Of a stretch of 64,000 nucleotides of DNA, positions 35,801 through 48,700 are shown one piece after another. Origin of the DNA: Phoronis australis (taxonomy: Eukaryota > Animalia > Phoronida); NCBI GenBank assembly GCA_002633005.1, contig NMRA01000723.1, positions 62,001 through 126,000 of the forward strand, in the 5' to 3' direction. The position numbers and the translations under genes were made by a program. The stretch's first letter is position 1. Each line of letters begins with the position of its first letter. The notes beneath the pieces were generated by a model. That model did no database searches, was not told where the DNA came from, and saw only the letters and a program-made list of their open reading frames with translations.

Positions 35801-36840
35801 ACCTTAAATCAGCCACAGTGGTTGTGTTGGTCACTTGCGCACATACAGCCCCTCCGAGTTGGTCTCACAGGTGTTTGATAGGGTTCAGGTCTGGGTTGCG
35901 TGCAGGCCATTCCATTTGGAGCCAGAACACCAGATTTTCACATTTGAAGAAAGTCGCAAACTAGGCACATCGAACAAAATTTGAATAACTGCGATTCGTA
36001 CTGAGTCTGCTAACTGGAGTAGTTCCATGCTATAAATCAGTGTCTCACAAATATGGTGTTTATCCCCGGTGTTAATCACCAGCACATCACAGGTGGTGAC
36101 ACTACCGATATTTGGCATAAACGGAGATTTGAAACATTCTATGTTGAGACTGAGCCCTCTTTGGCAGCAGAGTTACTCAGCATATCAAAAATTTATTGAC
36201 AAAATGTGGTATTGTTTGAAAGGGGAATGACTGAGCTTTCCATTGGTATGCAACAAGATTTAAATAAACCAAAATTAATGAAAACACGGAAGGACGAGTG
36301 AACACAAATTTCCAAAATTTTGTTGAGAGGTGTTTAGTTAGTTTGGATGGCGAGGTGCTTACCTCTGTTTCCAGTACTAAGTGCTGTTGGCAATGAGATA
36401 ATCTAATGAAGACAACATGTAGCAACTTGCAAAACATTGATTGCCATTTTTTAATGGAACTAACACTCTGATATGACTAGCCAACAGTTAATTGTTTCAT
36501 GTTTTTAATAATTCGTTCTGCGGTACCCTGTGTCAACATTAAGAGACTTTATTTACTGTTTCACATTTTTCTACAACTTGATAAATTGTAGCACCTTGCA
36601 ACAAACATGATGGCTCTTTAATAATTCACCATGTCATGTCTTTCAACAACTTATTTTTGCAGCACCCTGTGCCGACAGTGTTTTCCAGCTGAACCTCGAG
36701 GGAGCATTTATTGTTACGAGTTGATGAGTGTACACATTGGTGTTGTACCCACAGAGTATGTGCAAGCCCATTGTAAGAGACTGGCAGCTCTCATATGGGA
36801 AACATCAGGCGAGGCTCACACGCCCATCAGTTTGCTGTGA
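17808..36840 (+). CDS. HPS1: Hermansky-Pudlak syndrome 1 protein (BLOC-3 subunit), 17 coding exons, ~764 aa
   Basis: Exons: 17808-17918, 18741-18890, 19280-19401, 20890-20998, 21541-21692, 22370-22501, 23674-23800, 24907-24997, 26346-26431, 26961-27188, 27709-27864, 29251-29363, 30060-30257, 30722-30866, 31794-31907, 32719-32801, 36663-36840. Phases are all consistent (2295 nt). HPS1 motifs: IGVNGDGEEDESFLRRK, RNITMTTYLEEFPGLVHFI, EGDFSYSYQLWFED, YELMSVH. Confidence 0.93.
18200..18390. repeat. Degenerate ~46-50 bp tandem repeat, about 4 copies
   Basis: Unit approximately ttgtatagctgtacttattttggattactttaccattga. Confidence 0.8.
20319..20830. repeat. 79-bp minisatellite, about 6 copies (one unit shortened to 55 bp)
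   Basis: Unit starts at 20322, 20401, 20480, 20535, 20614, 20693 and 20772. Confidence 0.9.
22167..22254. repeat. 44-bp tandem duplication
   Basis: aaaagtgacaagartgtggcttgacattggagaacacagtgtgt, two copies. Confidence 0.9.
27029..27068 (+). repeat. Coding (TCA/TCG)n microsatellite encoding poly-Ser in HPS1 exon 10
   Basis: In-frame run of 13 Ser codons. Confidence 0.85.
30258..30721 (+). other. U12-type (minor spliceosome) intron of HPS1, GT-AG subtype
   Basis: 5' splice site GTATCCTG. Branch-point-like CCTTAAC at 30706-30712, close to the AG at 30720-30721, with no polypyrimidine tract. Splicing here restores the reading frame. Confidence 0.85.
33130..33323. repeat. Dispersed repeat; inverted homologue at about 62137..62270
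   Basis: ttgtcgggtaaaatggcggctt...tctgattgctcagtttagccgtca...cctggtgattggtcaattga matches the reverse complement of 62137-62250. Confidence 0.7.
33411..33570. mobile_element. ~160-bp MITE with CCGTA-type TIRs (Tc1/mariner-pogo-like)
   Basis: Left end taCCATACTTGCCCGGGTTACCGTCCA versus right-end reverse complement aCCGTACTCGTCCGAGTTACCGCCCA. Confidence 0.65.
33575..36310 (-). mobile_element. Decayed Tc1-like DNA transposon hosting a nested insertion
   Basis: Transposase C-terminal remnant at 35915..35682: MEWPARNPDLNPIKHL*DQLG, then a frameshift, then AVCAQVTNTTTVADLRCLLTQEWNAI...LVNSMRGRC...TYY*. Degenerate inverted arms at about 33630-33725 and 36188-36285. Boundaries are approximate. Confidence 0.7.
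33804..35509 (-). mobile_element. Kolobok-like DNA transposon with a degenerate THAP-domain ORF
   Basis: Perfect 13-bp TIR AGGAGAATGCCAC/GTGGCATTCTCCT, flanked by TTAA and TTAT. THAP signature at about 35345-35140: C..AVHC...ISFFRLP...KKWL...RVCG, then a frameshift, then HFFDSDF. Confidence 0.7.
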
Positions 36841-39743
36841 CCCTGGGGGCATCGCGGTGAAGAGCCAGAAACCACATGACTATTATATGTACAGATGACT
36901 TGCAAAGCAATGATGAATTCTCATTGATAATCCTTTTGTCATTTGCCTGTAGATGGAGCCACTGATGTATAAGTACTCTATTGTCCACTGGGTGACAGTA
37001 GGAATATTTTTAACTTCAGGGAAAGAAGTTAAAATGTGTATAGTAGATTACTTATAGCTATTTTGCTACAAACGAATGGTGTGTCATTTAAAGAGTGCTA
37101 AGAATCACCAGTTGTGATTGAAAGTCATGCACTCAGTGTAAAGGGGTTTGAATTACAAGAATGCAATTTTGAGGGCATAATATATTTAAGTGTGAGAAGT
37201 GTCATTTAATATACTAGGACTAATGATAAATCTGTACTACAATTACTTGAGAAACAAACAGCAATGTTTCATCAACCACTGTTGGCTTTATCAAGCCTGT
37301 GCAACATTTGTTGGAGATTGTTGAGAATGAGATAAATGGCAGTAACACTCGATCCCAGGTGTGTGATAAATTAAATATGAGTTTATCACTCTTGCTCAGG
37401 GAGGGATCATGTCATAAATGCACTCCTTTATGCCACACTCAAACCAGTTTTTCTCCTTGATTAAATATCAGCACATCATCCAGGCCAAAAGTATAACCAG
37501 ATTACTGACAATGGGTGAACATAGCTCGAGTCATAGGTGTCAGTGTAACTCAGTCCTCTAATGCTGAAACTGTCTTGCCTTCAAAGATTGTTTGGTTTCA
37601 CCTACACAAGTTTCAGTTTGCTCACATTTCTTTCTCAAGTAAGTCCAGTACAAATTGATATTTTTTTCTGTATTCTGTCTGCTAGATGACTTAGAATTTA
37701 TGTCAGTTTCAAATATGGTATCTGATAAGTTTCATAATTTTCTTGGGCTAAACAAACACTATGCTGTTAAATACGAAATCAACTTTTCAAACCCTTAATG
37801 TAATGAACCACTGAATGGTAAATCAGTTCATCTGTTGAACACGAGATGTCTCTGGTGAATGCAGTATGCTTGGAAGACTACCTTTATTTGTTGAGAATTA
37901 GAATCGGTGGTTGAACTGGTCGACTCCACTGTTTGGAATGTGGATTTTTTTCATTCAGAATGTAGATTCCATGGTTCAGGGAATTGATTCGTTTGATAAA
38001 AAATTTGATTGGCTCATTACTGTGAGCATTACTGAACATACCAGTATATACGAGAAGCAAATGAAAACAATATGTAGGATTGTCGATCTTATGAATGGAA
38101 CTAAAGTTCTGACATACATTATTGGCCTATAGTTAGTTGTTTTATTCATTCGACCAACCAATTTAAACTTTTATTTAATTAGTTTAAGCAACTTCGTTAT
38201 TCCAATGTCTAAATATTAAAGGCAGCTTTGAAGTGTGTAGTTGTATTTTGAATTAACATCCTGGGTTTTGGGAACCATTATGCAATGTTCCCCATTAAAA
38301 GACCCTGAGTTTTCTTGGTGCTGTGTACTATGTTTGGCTTTATATCACACATTTTATAGTAAGTGCGTGAAGGTATTTATACACTATGTATTGTGACAAG
38401 CACTCTTCGAATACTAATGTTTTTTTATGTTATGATATTTTTATCTTTCACGCTCACTCATTAGCGTGTTGGGTAAGATTTTTCAAAAAAATTAGTGCAT
38501 TAACAAATACTTTGTATATTGATATAAAATGGTCAAAGTTAAAATTAATTGACCCCTTATGTAACACACTGGATTTTCATGATCCAAGTCAACTTAGCCT
38601 GAATCTCGTAGCAGTGCTCATTGAGGGATGTTTGTAATTGTAATGCAATTGATGACTTGTAATTCTGAATCTGACTTGTATTTATACATGTCAAATGTAT
38701 CATGTAATCAATAAATGCAAAGATGGTTTTTGTGGAGGCACTCAAAGCTATGAAGGATGGCATGGGGTGACTAGCTGCCTGACAGAGTAAGCTGCCTCAC
38801 TCAACGGTCGCTTTCTGTGCTAAAAACGTCTTATTTAAGTAGTGACTCATATTCCATCATTTTGATTAGTTCATTTCCAAAACACTCGAACAGCAACATA
38901 ATGTTCAGCTATAAAGTTTTGCATCATCAAAATTTTGTGAACACGCTAAAGTTCAGCGTGAGGTTTCATTTGTTGATACTAAGGTTACTGAAGAAGTCAT
39001 TAGCACCATATAATTTTTACATAGTCAATCAATTATAATTACTTTTTTTCATAATAAAAGGGATAAAGAAAACATTTACTGCGACATTTTTACCCACATA
39101 GTTATAAAATAATGAAGAACCAAATGCTTATATAGTGGAACAACTATGCTGGGATGTGCCTGGACAAATCTTATTCCAAAACTCTCCCCTAGTTATGCTA
39201 ATGGAGAATTAATACGGTTTCCAGTTGTAGACATTTTATCATGAAGAATTAGTTACGAAATGGTAAACAAAACCAAAGGTTTTGGTAGTCTTGCTTTTAA
39301 GGTTATATAATAGCTACATGCAAAGTAAGTTTTTAATAACCAGCTGTGATTGAATGCACTGAGCGAGCAAATAAACAGTAATGGAAGAATTATAATGTAA
39401 GGCATCCCAACAACTCAAGCACATGAGTAAGAAGAAATTAAATTTATTGAAACAGTTTACACCTAAAACCAATAACTAACTGTTTCTGCACAATAAAAAT
39501 TAACCCTAATACAATCCATTGTTGGAGCATGAGTTCACTTATTAGACAACATAAAACATTCAAGAAAAAATTTCATTTTGTTTTTGTAAATTGGAAAACC
39601 TCGTGTCATCCCATATCTTGAGAAATTATACTTGTAGTCCACCAAGACTTATCATTTTTTATAGTTCCTCGTCTATCATTTAAGTTCCATTCAATCACTG
39701 ACGAACTCGCAGCCACCGATGAGCTAAAGATGGTCACTTCCAG

Positions 39744-42700
39744 TTACCAACCACCTTTGCCCTTTTTCTTCTTTTTCTTGCTGGCAGCTTGCGGTTTCTG
39801 TTGCCTAGGTCCTGCAGCTTGTTCCCGTGGTGACTCGGTTGTTGTTGGGGTACTTTTTGGTGTGGTGGGCGATGGCTTGCTAGCATCCCTGGAAAATTAA
39901 TAATTCAAAATTTGTTTAACCTGGTTCAAATCTTCACATACACATGTGGTGGAGCACACAATTTTACTGACAGAACCACACTTGCTTTAGAAATGTCTTC
40001 ACACATTACAACTGTCTTATTAGCTCGGTCAAAGATGAGAAAGACGGAAATAAGAAACGAGTGGTGTAATGTGAGCTCAAATATTCTCATCATTTTAGGA
40101 TCAATCGTTCTTTAACATTTCATTCATATTTAGAATACAGGGCAGACTTGAACAGATACCTCCACAAAGTGCAAAGGGAACAAACAACAGGTATAACTGT
40201 CCAGGTTCTGCCCGCAATTTAGTGTCAATGTATGACTTCTCTGTTTGGCTGATGCAAGGAGTCGTGAGTCTAGAGTAGTTTGTAAATATTTTATTACAAC
40301 ACGCTCAAGATTCTTGTTTCCAAAAACGGCAATCCGATGTTGATTACAATTCTAAGTTGAACCACTATAAAAAATTCAGGGCTGTATTTGAGCGTGAAAG
40401 GTATTTAGAAATTGATAATCTTTCAGGATTGTTTGTGCAAAGTTTTACACATCTTCACTGAGCAAATTACAAACAAGCAGTAGAACGAATGTTGAATATA
40501 AAAACAGAATTTGAACACTTATGCTCACAAAGTTGTGTCAATTATTTGTGAACCTTTCTCCAGAATCAGAGCTAAGTGTTGAAGTGAAAGCATGTGGACA
40601 AACCATTCTCTGTACAAATTGTTAAGTTGTTACGAAAATCAAATGGACTTGTGTATTGCTGACTAGTGTGCATAACACACCAACTAACTTGTTTATAAGT
40701 TGTACTTGGGGCTGATGGGCACGTGTATAATTTAAGATACGCACACCACGCACACACACACTACGAATGCAAAAACTTCATCAATGTATTTTTACAACAA
40801 TAACATATTTTTAAGACAATTAAATGTTTATATTTGAATAGATTTCTATACAACAGAATTTTTTGCAAAATTGATAACGTATATGTGCCATAGAAGACTA
40901 TGTAGTGCGACAGCACTGAAATGCAATTAGATTTCGATAGTATCCTACAGAAAAACCTCAGTGCAGTGTATCCCGTTAAGAACAATAACAGCGATGTAAC
41001 ATGAAAAAACAACTTTATCTAATGTAAACCCAAGTCTACTCTAATAACAATTAACTGTTGTTATGAGGTACAGATTTCTAACGTCCTTAATGTACATTGA
41101 ATTGAGGTTCTACTGTATAATACTGGTCACTTACGAATGATAGCTAGTGACATCATGATATATGCTCAATAATAAACGGTGATATCAAGCGGAGATTTGC
41201 CCAAGTGCTGAATGCACCTCAAATTCATCTCTATCAGAATGAAAGGCTCTGTGTAACACTAGTCACAGAATGAAACACTGGCAAAACAGCATGTCAACTT
41301 CACAACTGATTCCTTGACAGGTCAACAGCTCAATTACCATCCACAATACAAGCCAAAAGACAAAATGACCCACAATTCCCTGTCATGATGGCTGTGTGGA
41401 AGCCAAATTCATCATCAGAGTAGTCTTGTCTCTCATGGCCAAGAATGAAGGGGAATTAATGGGAAAGTTATAAATAGGTGGCTGAGCCATTCTGTAAACA
41501 AAATTTTACCTCCCTAAAAGTCATTGTCAGTAGTTTTTGCTGTTAACTGAATTAATTAGATGTCACATCGGGAAAATGGTATTTTGTCTGATTATTGTTG
41601 TCTGTACTGTAACAGTGCATAAATGTAAAGGTTGATTACTTACAATTCGGCCGACACCATACCGGCTCCCTGGGTACCTTTGCCTGAAAACCAAAGAAGA
41701 CACTGAACAATCTGACTGCAGCAAACAGGGCTCAAAATGAACTATGTTCACTAGAAGGTTAGTCAGGATATTCCTACAATGTACTTTGACCTCCAAAATG
41801 TAATGCACTTTGACCTCCAAAATGTAATGCACTTTGACCTCCAAAATGTAATGCAACGTGTAACTATTGTGGAACTAAGCTGATGCTCGTTACATCTGAT
41901 AATTACGATTTACGGTAATATACTCAGTTCACGCGTCGCTAATTTGAAGTTGTGCGCCCATAGTAATTGTCGCAGCAACTTGAACTTTATTTTTCATGCC
42001 ACTTATCAAAACCAGCCAAATAACGCACTGACGACATACTGATTGATTTTACAAAAATCAACAGTTCAAGCTGTCACACATAGCTACAAGATTTGCAAAA
42101 ATTATCGACCTCCGTGAGCAATACTTTCCGACATTGAGGGTGGAAAAAGCATCTGACTGATTGCCTGGCTGGCTCATGCACAGAGAGAGAGAGAGGGAGA
42201 GGGAGAGACAGACTTGGCTGACTGACTCATGCACAGAGAAAGAGAGACAGACAGGCAGACAGACCTGGCTGGCTGACACATGCACAGAGAGACAGACAGA
42301 CCTGGCTGGCTGACTCATGCACAAAGAGAGACAGACAGACCTGGCTGGCTGACTCATGCACAAAGAAAGAGAGACAGACAGACCTGGCTGGCTGACTCAT
42401 GCACAAAGAAATAGAGACAGACACACCTGACTGACTGACTCATGCACAAAAAAGAGAGACAGACAGGCAGACAGACCTGCAAGACCAGAGGTTTGTTTCA
42501 TGAAAAGTGACTTAGAACTTTGAGAAATTTTGTTGTATGCTCCCAATTCACAATACTAAATAAAGGTTTAGCCACGTCATTACTATCACTTGACAACCTT
42601 GAAACAATTCATACAAATTATCTCAGTGACTAGAAGTAATGGGCATATTTTGGGAGATTTTGTACTTTTGCTGAAGTGAGGTTTAATTATCTTTCTTAAG

Positions 42701-45700
42701 TAGTTGTGTTGAGCGTGACACCAAATTTCTCACTTAAGACTTAAGTCATCCCAGCTGCAATTGGAAGAACCGTCAATATACACTGGGTCAAGGCCCATGT
42801 AGGAATTGACGGCAATGAGAATGCAGACGGACTCACAAAGATAAGAGCCAGTGTTCTGCATTGTGCATCTGAACCTGCTATCTCGGTATCTTACGAATGC
42901 TGCAGGATGAGTATACGCAACTGGGTACATACCCAGTCAGCAGCCCAGTGGAATTACTTAACTCCAACAGAGAGACCAAGGAGAATTTTCCCAACATGAT
43001 CAAACCAAAAGGTTCAAAAAATCTTCCGAGTCTTGATAGATTGGGGATAAGACACGTCATTCAAATTTTGACGGACCACTGTAACCTAGCCTGACACAGA
43101 CACATTACTGGGCAAATGGAGAGACCTGTGTGTCCCGAGTGTGGTACTGACATTAAACCCCTAAACACCTAGTAGAGTCTTGCCCAGCTTTTTATAAACT
43201 ATGGAGAAACCTACTGGATGGCACTGCTACATGCCTACAACATACAGTGCTTGGCAACAAATGGAAACATCTGTCCGTTTTCTTAAAGGAGACGAGCAGA
43301 CTTGAAAACTTCATGAAGACACATAATTGGGCTCTCGTGCCTTTAGCTCAAGTGTTTGGTGCAATGGGCCCAACCATCATGAGGCCTGCGCACGTCTGAT
43401 GCACTACAAATGATATCAGGCCACCTGCACTACGGGCCTCACAATAAACAAAAGCCTGTGAATTTCTTCTGTTTTATATAAATGTCCATTTTTGTTCTTA
43501 GTAATTTTAACAATTCAAGTATATCAGTTGGCCATACCTATTTCCTTCCTCTTGTCTTTACGTTTGGCCTTATAATATGACCTTTCTCTCCGTGGTAACC
43601 ATCTCTCTGGGTCTGGGTCAACAGAGGAGTCATAAGTTTTAGGCAGCCTCTCTGAAAGATGAGCAATGGCCAAGTATCAATACATGTTACATGATATACA
43701 AAACATTTTCAAAAAGAACAACAGAAAGTCTTTCCATGCAAATTCTGACAACTGAAAATGGTGCAAAATCAAAACATTTTATTAACAAAATGAACAACTT
43801 AACAACATAAATTAATCAGAAAGCTTAAAACCTACTTTTCTTTTTCTTTTTCTTTCTCTTTTCCAATAAGGTATCTCCAGACGCTCCGCTACTGCAAACA
43901 AAGAAGAAATTTAACACACAGTCATTCCTCTGTCATAAAATGAGCCTCGGGGAATTTCAGAAAACACTATCCTGACAACAAGTCTTTGTGTGCATCATAT
44001 ATTATGTGAACATTAACTTTTACAGTAAATCCATGGGTATGCTACGAGCAACAAAATTATTAATATTCTCAATCTGACATCATTCCAGACAACCCATAAA
44101 ATCAGCATTTTCCAAGACAGTGTACAGTGGAGTCTCACATGTGCAGGTAACGATACACCTCCAACAGATATGTAGCTACAAAAGTGCCCGAGGTGTTAAA
44201 GATGGCGTGGAATATGTTAAACAGCAAAAGTCTGCAGTTCTTGCAATAACTTTACTAAGTATAGTTAATGAGAATAAATAGTCCATCTACAATTACGCTT
44301 TGGGTGAAGGTACATTATCAGTGTTAGTCCATCTATACTTACGCTTTGGGTGAAGGTACATTGTCAGTGCCCTTGCCAGCCTTTCTGCTGTATTTACTTT
44401 TTAATGTAGTGAATGACGTCTCAAGAGTGGCGGCATCTACACTGTTAGCTAGGTCTTGAGGACTGGGCAGTTCACGGCTGATACTGTGGCGTAACAGTTA
44501 AGGATGTAATGTCACTGCCGTGTTGTAATGAGAAACTCAAAATTCACTAGGTGGCGCTAATGAAACCACTATCACACATGCAGAAATTCGTACATTCAGG
44601 TCACATGGGAGCCTTCACTCCATACCAGGGATAACTTTAGATGCGCACCACGTGTCATTGCTGCAAAAACGTTTTCATTGACGGACTGTGTTTGCCATAG
44701 GCCCTCCAAATTCACCCAAGCCTCGAGGCTGCCTGGGTCAATTCACCCACACCCGTTTTTCTAAAATGATCAATGACTGCATACTGGTGAATAGTTTTCT
44801 CTATCTATTCAGATAATGAAAAGAACACCTTTTCTGCATTAGTAGCTCTACCTGTTATGTTAGTGGAACAACATGGAATAAAGGATACGCTTGAGCCTTC
44901 TTCTGGTCAAATTTGGAGTATGCCGCGATCAGCTGGGCCAGTGTTGATGCATCCCTGGGGTTGGACTTCTTGAGTGTCTCCAGTACAGAGGCGGCGCCCT
45001 CGGGCCGCCCCAGCTCCATGAGCAAACTGGCATTAGCGTGCATCAGGGTGGGCAGATTGGTAGAGCTTGGCTGGCGATGACAAAGAGAGGGAACCAAATT
45101 AAAAGAAAATGATTCTCTGTGAGGTGGAAAGAACAGGAAACCATTATTAAGCAATGACGAATGGTGACGCAGGACTAGTGAGTGACCCCTGCTGCCATTA
45201 GGTTGTATTCGTAGCCCTGACATGGATGCACACTACTTCACAGTTTAGAGCATAGAGAAACAAATGACCTCATGAAAAGAACCTATTGCAGCATATAGGC
45301 TCTCATGGAAAGCATTTTCCTCCATTACAGAAATTTCACCTCCTTGGTCAGGAGGCAGCAAGAATCAATCTGTCCAGGTGGTGACTAGTCACCATTGCTT
45401 ACTAATCTGATTATCAGCAAAAACTGAATGCTTCTGATACATAACAAGTCATCTTACTGAACATCTGAATTGAGTTTAAGGCAGTGGTACAGTGTGAAGA
45501 CTGAGAGCAGCAGCTTTTTTATCGGTTTTTGGTATCATTACTCAAAAGAAAGACAAACTGCTATGAACCAAGGCTGGAGCAGAAAATCTGCAGGCGCCTC
45601 GGCCACTGAGCTCAGTTATCAATGCCATGCAGCACAGCTTACTGAAAAACACAATGTCTGTAACAAGTTGTCAAGTTCGCAGAGTGTTTTATATATTCAC

Positions 45701-48700
45701 ACATATGGCATCGTATCTGCTCTCCTATCTGAAAATTGCAATGAACAAACCCTGTAAGCTGTAGACTAATTCCTCTGTTTGACCTGTGACCTATCAATTG
45801 TCCTACCTCGTTCTTTCTATACCAGCCAATAGCATCGCTCAACACATCCACCGCTGAATCATTGTCTTCTTGAGATTTGTAGAGGGACACTAGTGCAGCC
45901 ACCTGCCACGGAAAAACGAAAACAGGTGTTGTGATTAATTGAACTCAATTATCAACTTACAGCAATTCTGACAGGAGCATCTGAAATGAAATCATTGCCA
46001 CATTATGAAAGGCTTTCAAGAATTATTTTAGACAATCGTGGTTTACACAAGGCGAAGTTTAATTAGTTAGCAAGAGTGATGCTCACCCATCAGCAACTGC
46101 GGCAACCGGGTCAAGAAAGTGACACTTTACCGAAAAAATTAGAATTTATCTTGTCAATAACTGTTCAAGTGTGTCAAATTCAAAACAACCTAGTACTACG
46201 TACGATGCCAGGTGCATATCGGTCTTCACCCATGGCCTTGAGTGCGTCGCACGCATTGAACACACTGCCCCCTGCCAGGTAAAGCTGTGCTAACGTCAGA
46301 TGCACTGTCATGGAGGCATCAGGGTGGCTACTCGTGTACTCCTGCAACAGACCGTACAAGTCACGTGAGTGGGCTTCACGCTACTCTAATACTCATGACT
46401 ATTATAAAGGACATTACAAGACATGTGAGTGGGCCTCATACTACTCTCATACTCATGACTATTACAGAGGACATTACAAGTTACATGAATAAAAACGAGA
46501 GACGTTACTTACTAGAAGATTATGTTCGGGAAGATCAGTCATGTGAAAATGGACATAATACCTTACCTATAGTCTTCTGGTAAGAGCTGTTCCAGTAAAA
46601 TCTGTATGGGAGGGGGGAAGGCACTTTTTTTGCACCCACCACCCATATTTTCATTTATTTCTTCAGCCTACCACCCGTAATTTTTAATAAGTTTGAAATG
46701 CAACCACCCGCAATTTTTTTTGTTGTTCTTGTGGTTGAATGCACAGGCGCTTAAGTTTCTCTGTTCCTCAATCACCACTGACATAATTCATTACTAAGAA
46801 AACATATGTTTCTTACATATGGTTATTACCCATTGAGAAATTCGAGCACCTGTGGTTCACTGGCGTTATGGGCATGCCGATGGGGAGATCGGAGGGAGTG
46901 AAAAAGTTGAAGCTTTTTGCAAGTTGCGTTTTTGTTTTAGTTGTTGATTCTGTGCGGATTGTTTATAAAATTTACTGAAATTACCCACCATCAAACATTT
47001 ATGGCACAACAACAACCTGTAAATTTTTATTTTTTTGAAGTATGACCACCAGCCATTTTGAATTTAAATCAAACACAACCACCAATGAATTTTTATTTCA
47101 ATTGCCTTCCCCCCTTACCACACGGATTTTACTGGAACAGCCCTAAGTAAATTATCTCGTTTTTACAGACAATTATAACATTAAAATTTTAGTACTTGAC
47201 ATGAAATTATATATCAGACACCTAGATAACCACATACGTGTGTGCTTTTGAAAAACCAAGCAGCAAAGCCGATTCAATATCCTTCCAATATGCTCTTGCA
47301 TGATCTGTAACTAGGATCTCTGGATTAGGAGGTGACTATTCTATTACAAGCCCAAATTCTCAGTCAGCATTTGGCAGAGTTGCAAAATTTGAGCTCTAAA
47401 GATATTCAACTGTAAAAAATTCTCCAACCATTTCATACCAAGGATCTCAACATTTGCACACCATCGCTTCATGTTCACATGTCACTGTTGGGAAACAAAC
47501 TAACCCTTACAAAAACAATTGCAGGCAGTCTGATACACGTTGTACCAGACGTGCGCAGGCTTCGGATGTGAGCCCATAGCACTGATGACCGGGAACTATT
47601 TTTGTGCTTTATTAATATACGGTTAAAACCCAACAGAAGAGCTAGAAACCTGGCTCAAGGGTTTAGCAGTGTGACCTGGTGGGAATCGAACCCATGACCT
47701 TGAGTAAAGAAAGCGGGCACATATCAACCAGGCCACACTGCCTCCTCCTGACTCTTACCTTAAGTACATCAATAGCCTTGGCGATCTGTTTATCATTGCA
47801 GTGCTGTGCCGCCAGTATACGAGGAGGTGTCTCACTATCTGGGTACATGGATATGAGGCTCTTGCAGTGCTTTCTGCATTGCTCATTCTGCCAATAAAGA
47901 GAAGTGTCATTATTAGGTATGGACAGTGGTCAAACTGTGTTATCAGCAAAAAGACGTTTCATGTTATAGGTAACGTTTAATGGAATGTCTTTTGTATAGT
48001 GAAGTCAACAAAGAGACATATGTCTAGAGTTAAATAAAGAGAGGGCAGTTTTTGGGAGGAAACTTGGGAAGGGAGGGTGCCTGGGAAGGGAGGGACAGAG
48101 AGACAAACAAAGAGAGGAGAGAAGGATGGAGTGGGAAGGAAGGTGGGAGGGAACATTAACCCCAACTTAAGATTTTACAACTTAGTGAGTGACATCATGA
48201 CAAAAAACCTGCTTAGGTCACGTGATTATAGATTATTTCGAACTGCTTACTATGCGTGCTTCTGTATAAATCAAGCAAACTGAATGGTAGTACAAACAAG
48301 TTCAGAAACATGGTACTATTCTTACATTTCGTTGAACACATGACCTGATATACTATAAAACTAAGTTCATTTCATAATAATCCAATTGCCAGAATAAATT
48401 TACAAAAGATGGTAACTTAGGTACTACCTATAAAGTAACATTTGCTATCAATAGTTGTGTAACATACTGTTGAAGCACAATGCAGCTAACAATCATTTTT
48501 ATTGATTTGCCGATAAACAAGCACCACCCACCTGGTTGGTATATAAATACAAAAGTCCCTGGTTGATCGCAATCAGCTCCCTCTGCTGACAAGTCAGTTT
48601 CTGTTTCAAGTTGTCTGCTGTAGCCACTTTAATCTTCTTCTTAGAATCAAAGACGTTCTGGTCCTTGTTCAAGGTGACAATGTTGTTGGAAGCCACAGCT

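Noticed and set aside
47668-47745. Possible functional tRNA gene
   Set aside because: No canonical D or anticodon arms, and it continues into a LINE-like tail, so I treated it as a SINE head.
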